From assembly GCA_000934665.2 (NCBI GenBank), contig KZ538015.1, positions 62,001 to 126,000 of the forward strand: a stretch of DNA of 64,000 nucleotides, in the 5' to 3' direction. The notes under the pieces are model-generated. The model was not told the DNA's origin, made no database searches, and was given only the letters and a program-made list of their open reading frames with translations. The DNA comes from Catajapyx aquilonaris (Eukaryota). The translations under genes and the position numbers were made by a program. Shown one piece after another: positions 62,050-64,000 of this stretch (the stretch's first letter is position 1; every line of letters starts with the position of its first letter).

Positions 62050-63990
62050 ATCATATGGGCCATACCTTCCCATTGCAGCAAACAGTCGCCTAACATCTAC
62101 TCTGGAAGCCTCCTACAATGCATACATGTCATCCAGATCATCCCTACGCTGCAGGTCCCCAAACATGCAGTACATTATACCCCGACCACTCTCAGCTGCG
62201 GCCATCAACTGCAGCAGACACTTGGACGTGGATGGCCGTGAAACACGCCACAACCCCAGCAGTTCCCTGTAGCCACACCCGAGGGCTGCCCCTGGGACGA
62301 CTCGTGGGCAAAACCCGACGTAAACTTTCCCTGCAGCATTCCCTCCCCTTACATCTCCCTGTTTCCCTTGGACATCACATATTATATGGAATGCAGGCAG
62401 CAGCTTGTTCGATTCTTCCCACTTTGGAATCAGCTCGGGAGGAATGTGACGTCTCGTGATGCTCACCACGCCATCCGCAACCTCTGGATATGACAATCCC
62501 CAACAATTAAGTCTGTGGCTCACTTTTGCTTGTTAAGGCCGCATTTACATCTGAGAAATTAGCTTCGCTGAACAATTAAACCAATTGTTTGGGGCAAAAG
62601 TAACACAACAATAAACTTTTGCCCCAAACAATTGGTTGCATAGCTCAGTGATGCTCGTCGCTGTACGACGAAACCAATATTATTGTTTGGGGTTAATTGT
62701 TAATTTGTTCTCGCAATTGTTACTTTCATCCGAAACAATTGGTTTTGTCTCGGAGCAAATCGGTCACATGTAAATGCGACCTAAAACATGTTGAAGCAAC
62801 GAAGAGCTAGTTATTAGCTCTAGGTGCAACATTAAGCTGCGTTTACATGTGAGTGAATTATTAGCGAAATTGAAAAGTATTATGTGAAAATTAAAATATG
62901 GATGGGGTCCTAAAAGACACACATCAGTTGGTGTAACTTTCAGGCATACCACACTGTTCCAGGGTTAAACAACCAAAACCTTACATTCTTCTGCATTTCT
63001 ATTTTTTTTACAGTTCTTTGAAACTAGGGAGGTTTATTATGTCGACACCCTGTATTTTCTATCCCCCCCAAAAAAGTGTACCTGACTGATTTGAGATCTC
63101 CGGCCCCTCAATTGTATCCCAGTTCGAAAACCACCGACTTTGAGAATATTCTGCTGTGATCCCACACTGCGAAAGAGTGATTTGACGTCTGACGACCACC
63201 TGATGGCACACCACTCTTTACAGTATATATGAGTTGGGGCCAGTTCGCCTTGGGGATTAGTTGGCTCCTGCGGAGTCAGTGGATCATCCCAAGGCTCCCA
63301 ATAAGTGGACGTAGGCACAACTTCCAAGAGCTGCTCGTTAGGACAGGTGCTTGGTAATCCCCATCCTCCTAAAATTCAACCAGCAATGTTTAAATTGCTG
63401 CGAAAATGGCTCCCAAATTCACCAAAATATGTTCCCAACATGTGTACGAAGTTGGTGGTCAACAGAGACCAACCGTGAAAGGGTATAGCCAATTGTGTAT
63501 TCTTTATACCAGGGTGGACCGGACAAGAGATGCAGGTAATTGGATTGTACACTGTTGGCTGTCAGTTTGTGGCAACTCCAAGTGCCAACTGAACCTTTAT
63601 TGATTGTCAACAACACATTGGTTGGCACAACTGGCAACCAACAATACAATCCAATTAATACCTACGGGTCCAGACTGTGTCCAGATGATGTCTTCATCAA
63701 TCAGAAGCATGTTGGCGATGCTTTAAAAGTCTTGCATGTAAAAATGATATTTCCCCTCCCACATCCTGCTCATTTTCGTTGGTAGCCGAAGCAGGAGATA
63801 TTTCGAAACATGCAGGAATTTGTGCCTATTTCCAGGTTTCCTTTCTGCATGACCCTATTGTTTCATTTTGGATGCAGGTACAAAAAAAAAGTAAGTATGT
63901 GAGAATTTGCAAAGGTGATTGGCCGTTGCTGCCTGCTGCACTGTTATCGTGTGATTCATATCAACATCCTGGTATAATGGCAACGGCGAG
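62050..63990 (-). pseudogene. PARG: Decayed poly(ADP-ribose) glycohydrolase (PARG) pseudogene
   Basis: Collinear minus-strand fragments in shifting frames: LPLYQDVDMNHTITV (~63980-63939), LAL/ELP, LLTTNFVH, NFAN...LELITS, KVYVGF, GVATGNCWGCGVF (62279-62241; PARG signature ATGNWGCGAF) and KCLLQLMAAAESGRGIMYCMFGD...DDMYAL*EASRVDV. There are frameshifts, stops and a MITE insertion. Confidence 0.72.
62537..62781. mobile_element. PIF/Harbinger (Tourist-like) MITE with TAA TSD
   Basis: TIRs GGCCGCATTTACATCTGA / TCACATGTAAATGCGACC, with TAA on both sides (62534-62536, 62782-62784). An internal IR reads TTGTTTGGGGCAAAAGT / ACTTTTGCCCCAAACAA. Confidence 0.82.
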
Positions 63991-64000
63991 ATGACATCCG

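Overview
Eukaryotic genomic DNA with GT-AG introns (many only about 50-70 nt). The proteins look arthropod/pancrustacean; this is inferred from protein similarity, not from a database search. I reconstructed seven spliced protein-coding genes by hand and checked exon phases: a meltrin/ADAM12-like metalloprotease (+, first exon not found), a THEG-repeat sperm-type protein (+), IDH3B (-), casein kinase I alpha (+), a CUB-domain chymotrypsin-like serine protease (-), a CUB/LDLa-like type I membrane protein with PPxY motifs (+) and a fibrinogen-related lectin (+). The window ends in a heavily decayed PARG (poly(ADP-ribose) glycohydrolase) pseudogene (-) that the ORF track shows only as fragments. 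Non-autonomous DNA-transposon debris is abundant, including nested hAT-type MITEs with TSDs, a Harbinger-type MITE and a fold-back element in the IDH3B/CK1 divergent promoter. I found no CRISPR array, tRNA, rRNA or prokaryotic system. The best leads are alternative C-termini in the ADAM and CK1 genes, a 33-nt IDH3B micro-exon, an NRF1-motif fold-back element in a bidirectional promoter, a possible lectin-pathway-like immune gene trio, and the PARG relic. None of these is a demonstrated new system.
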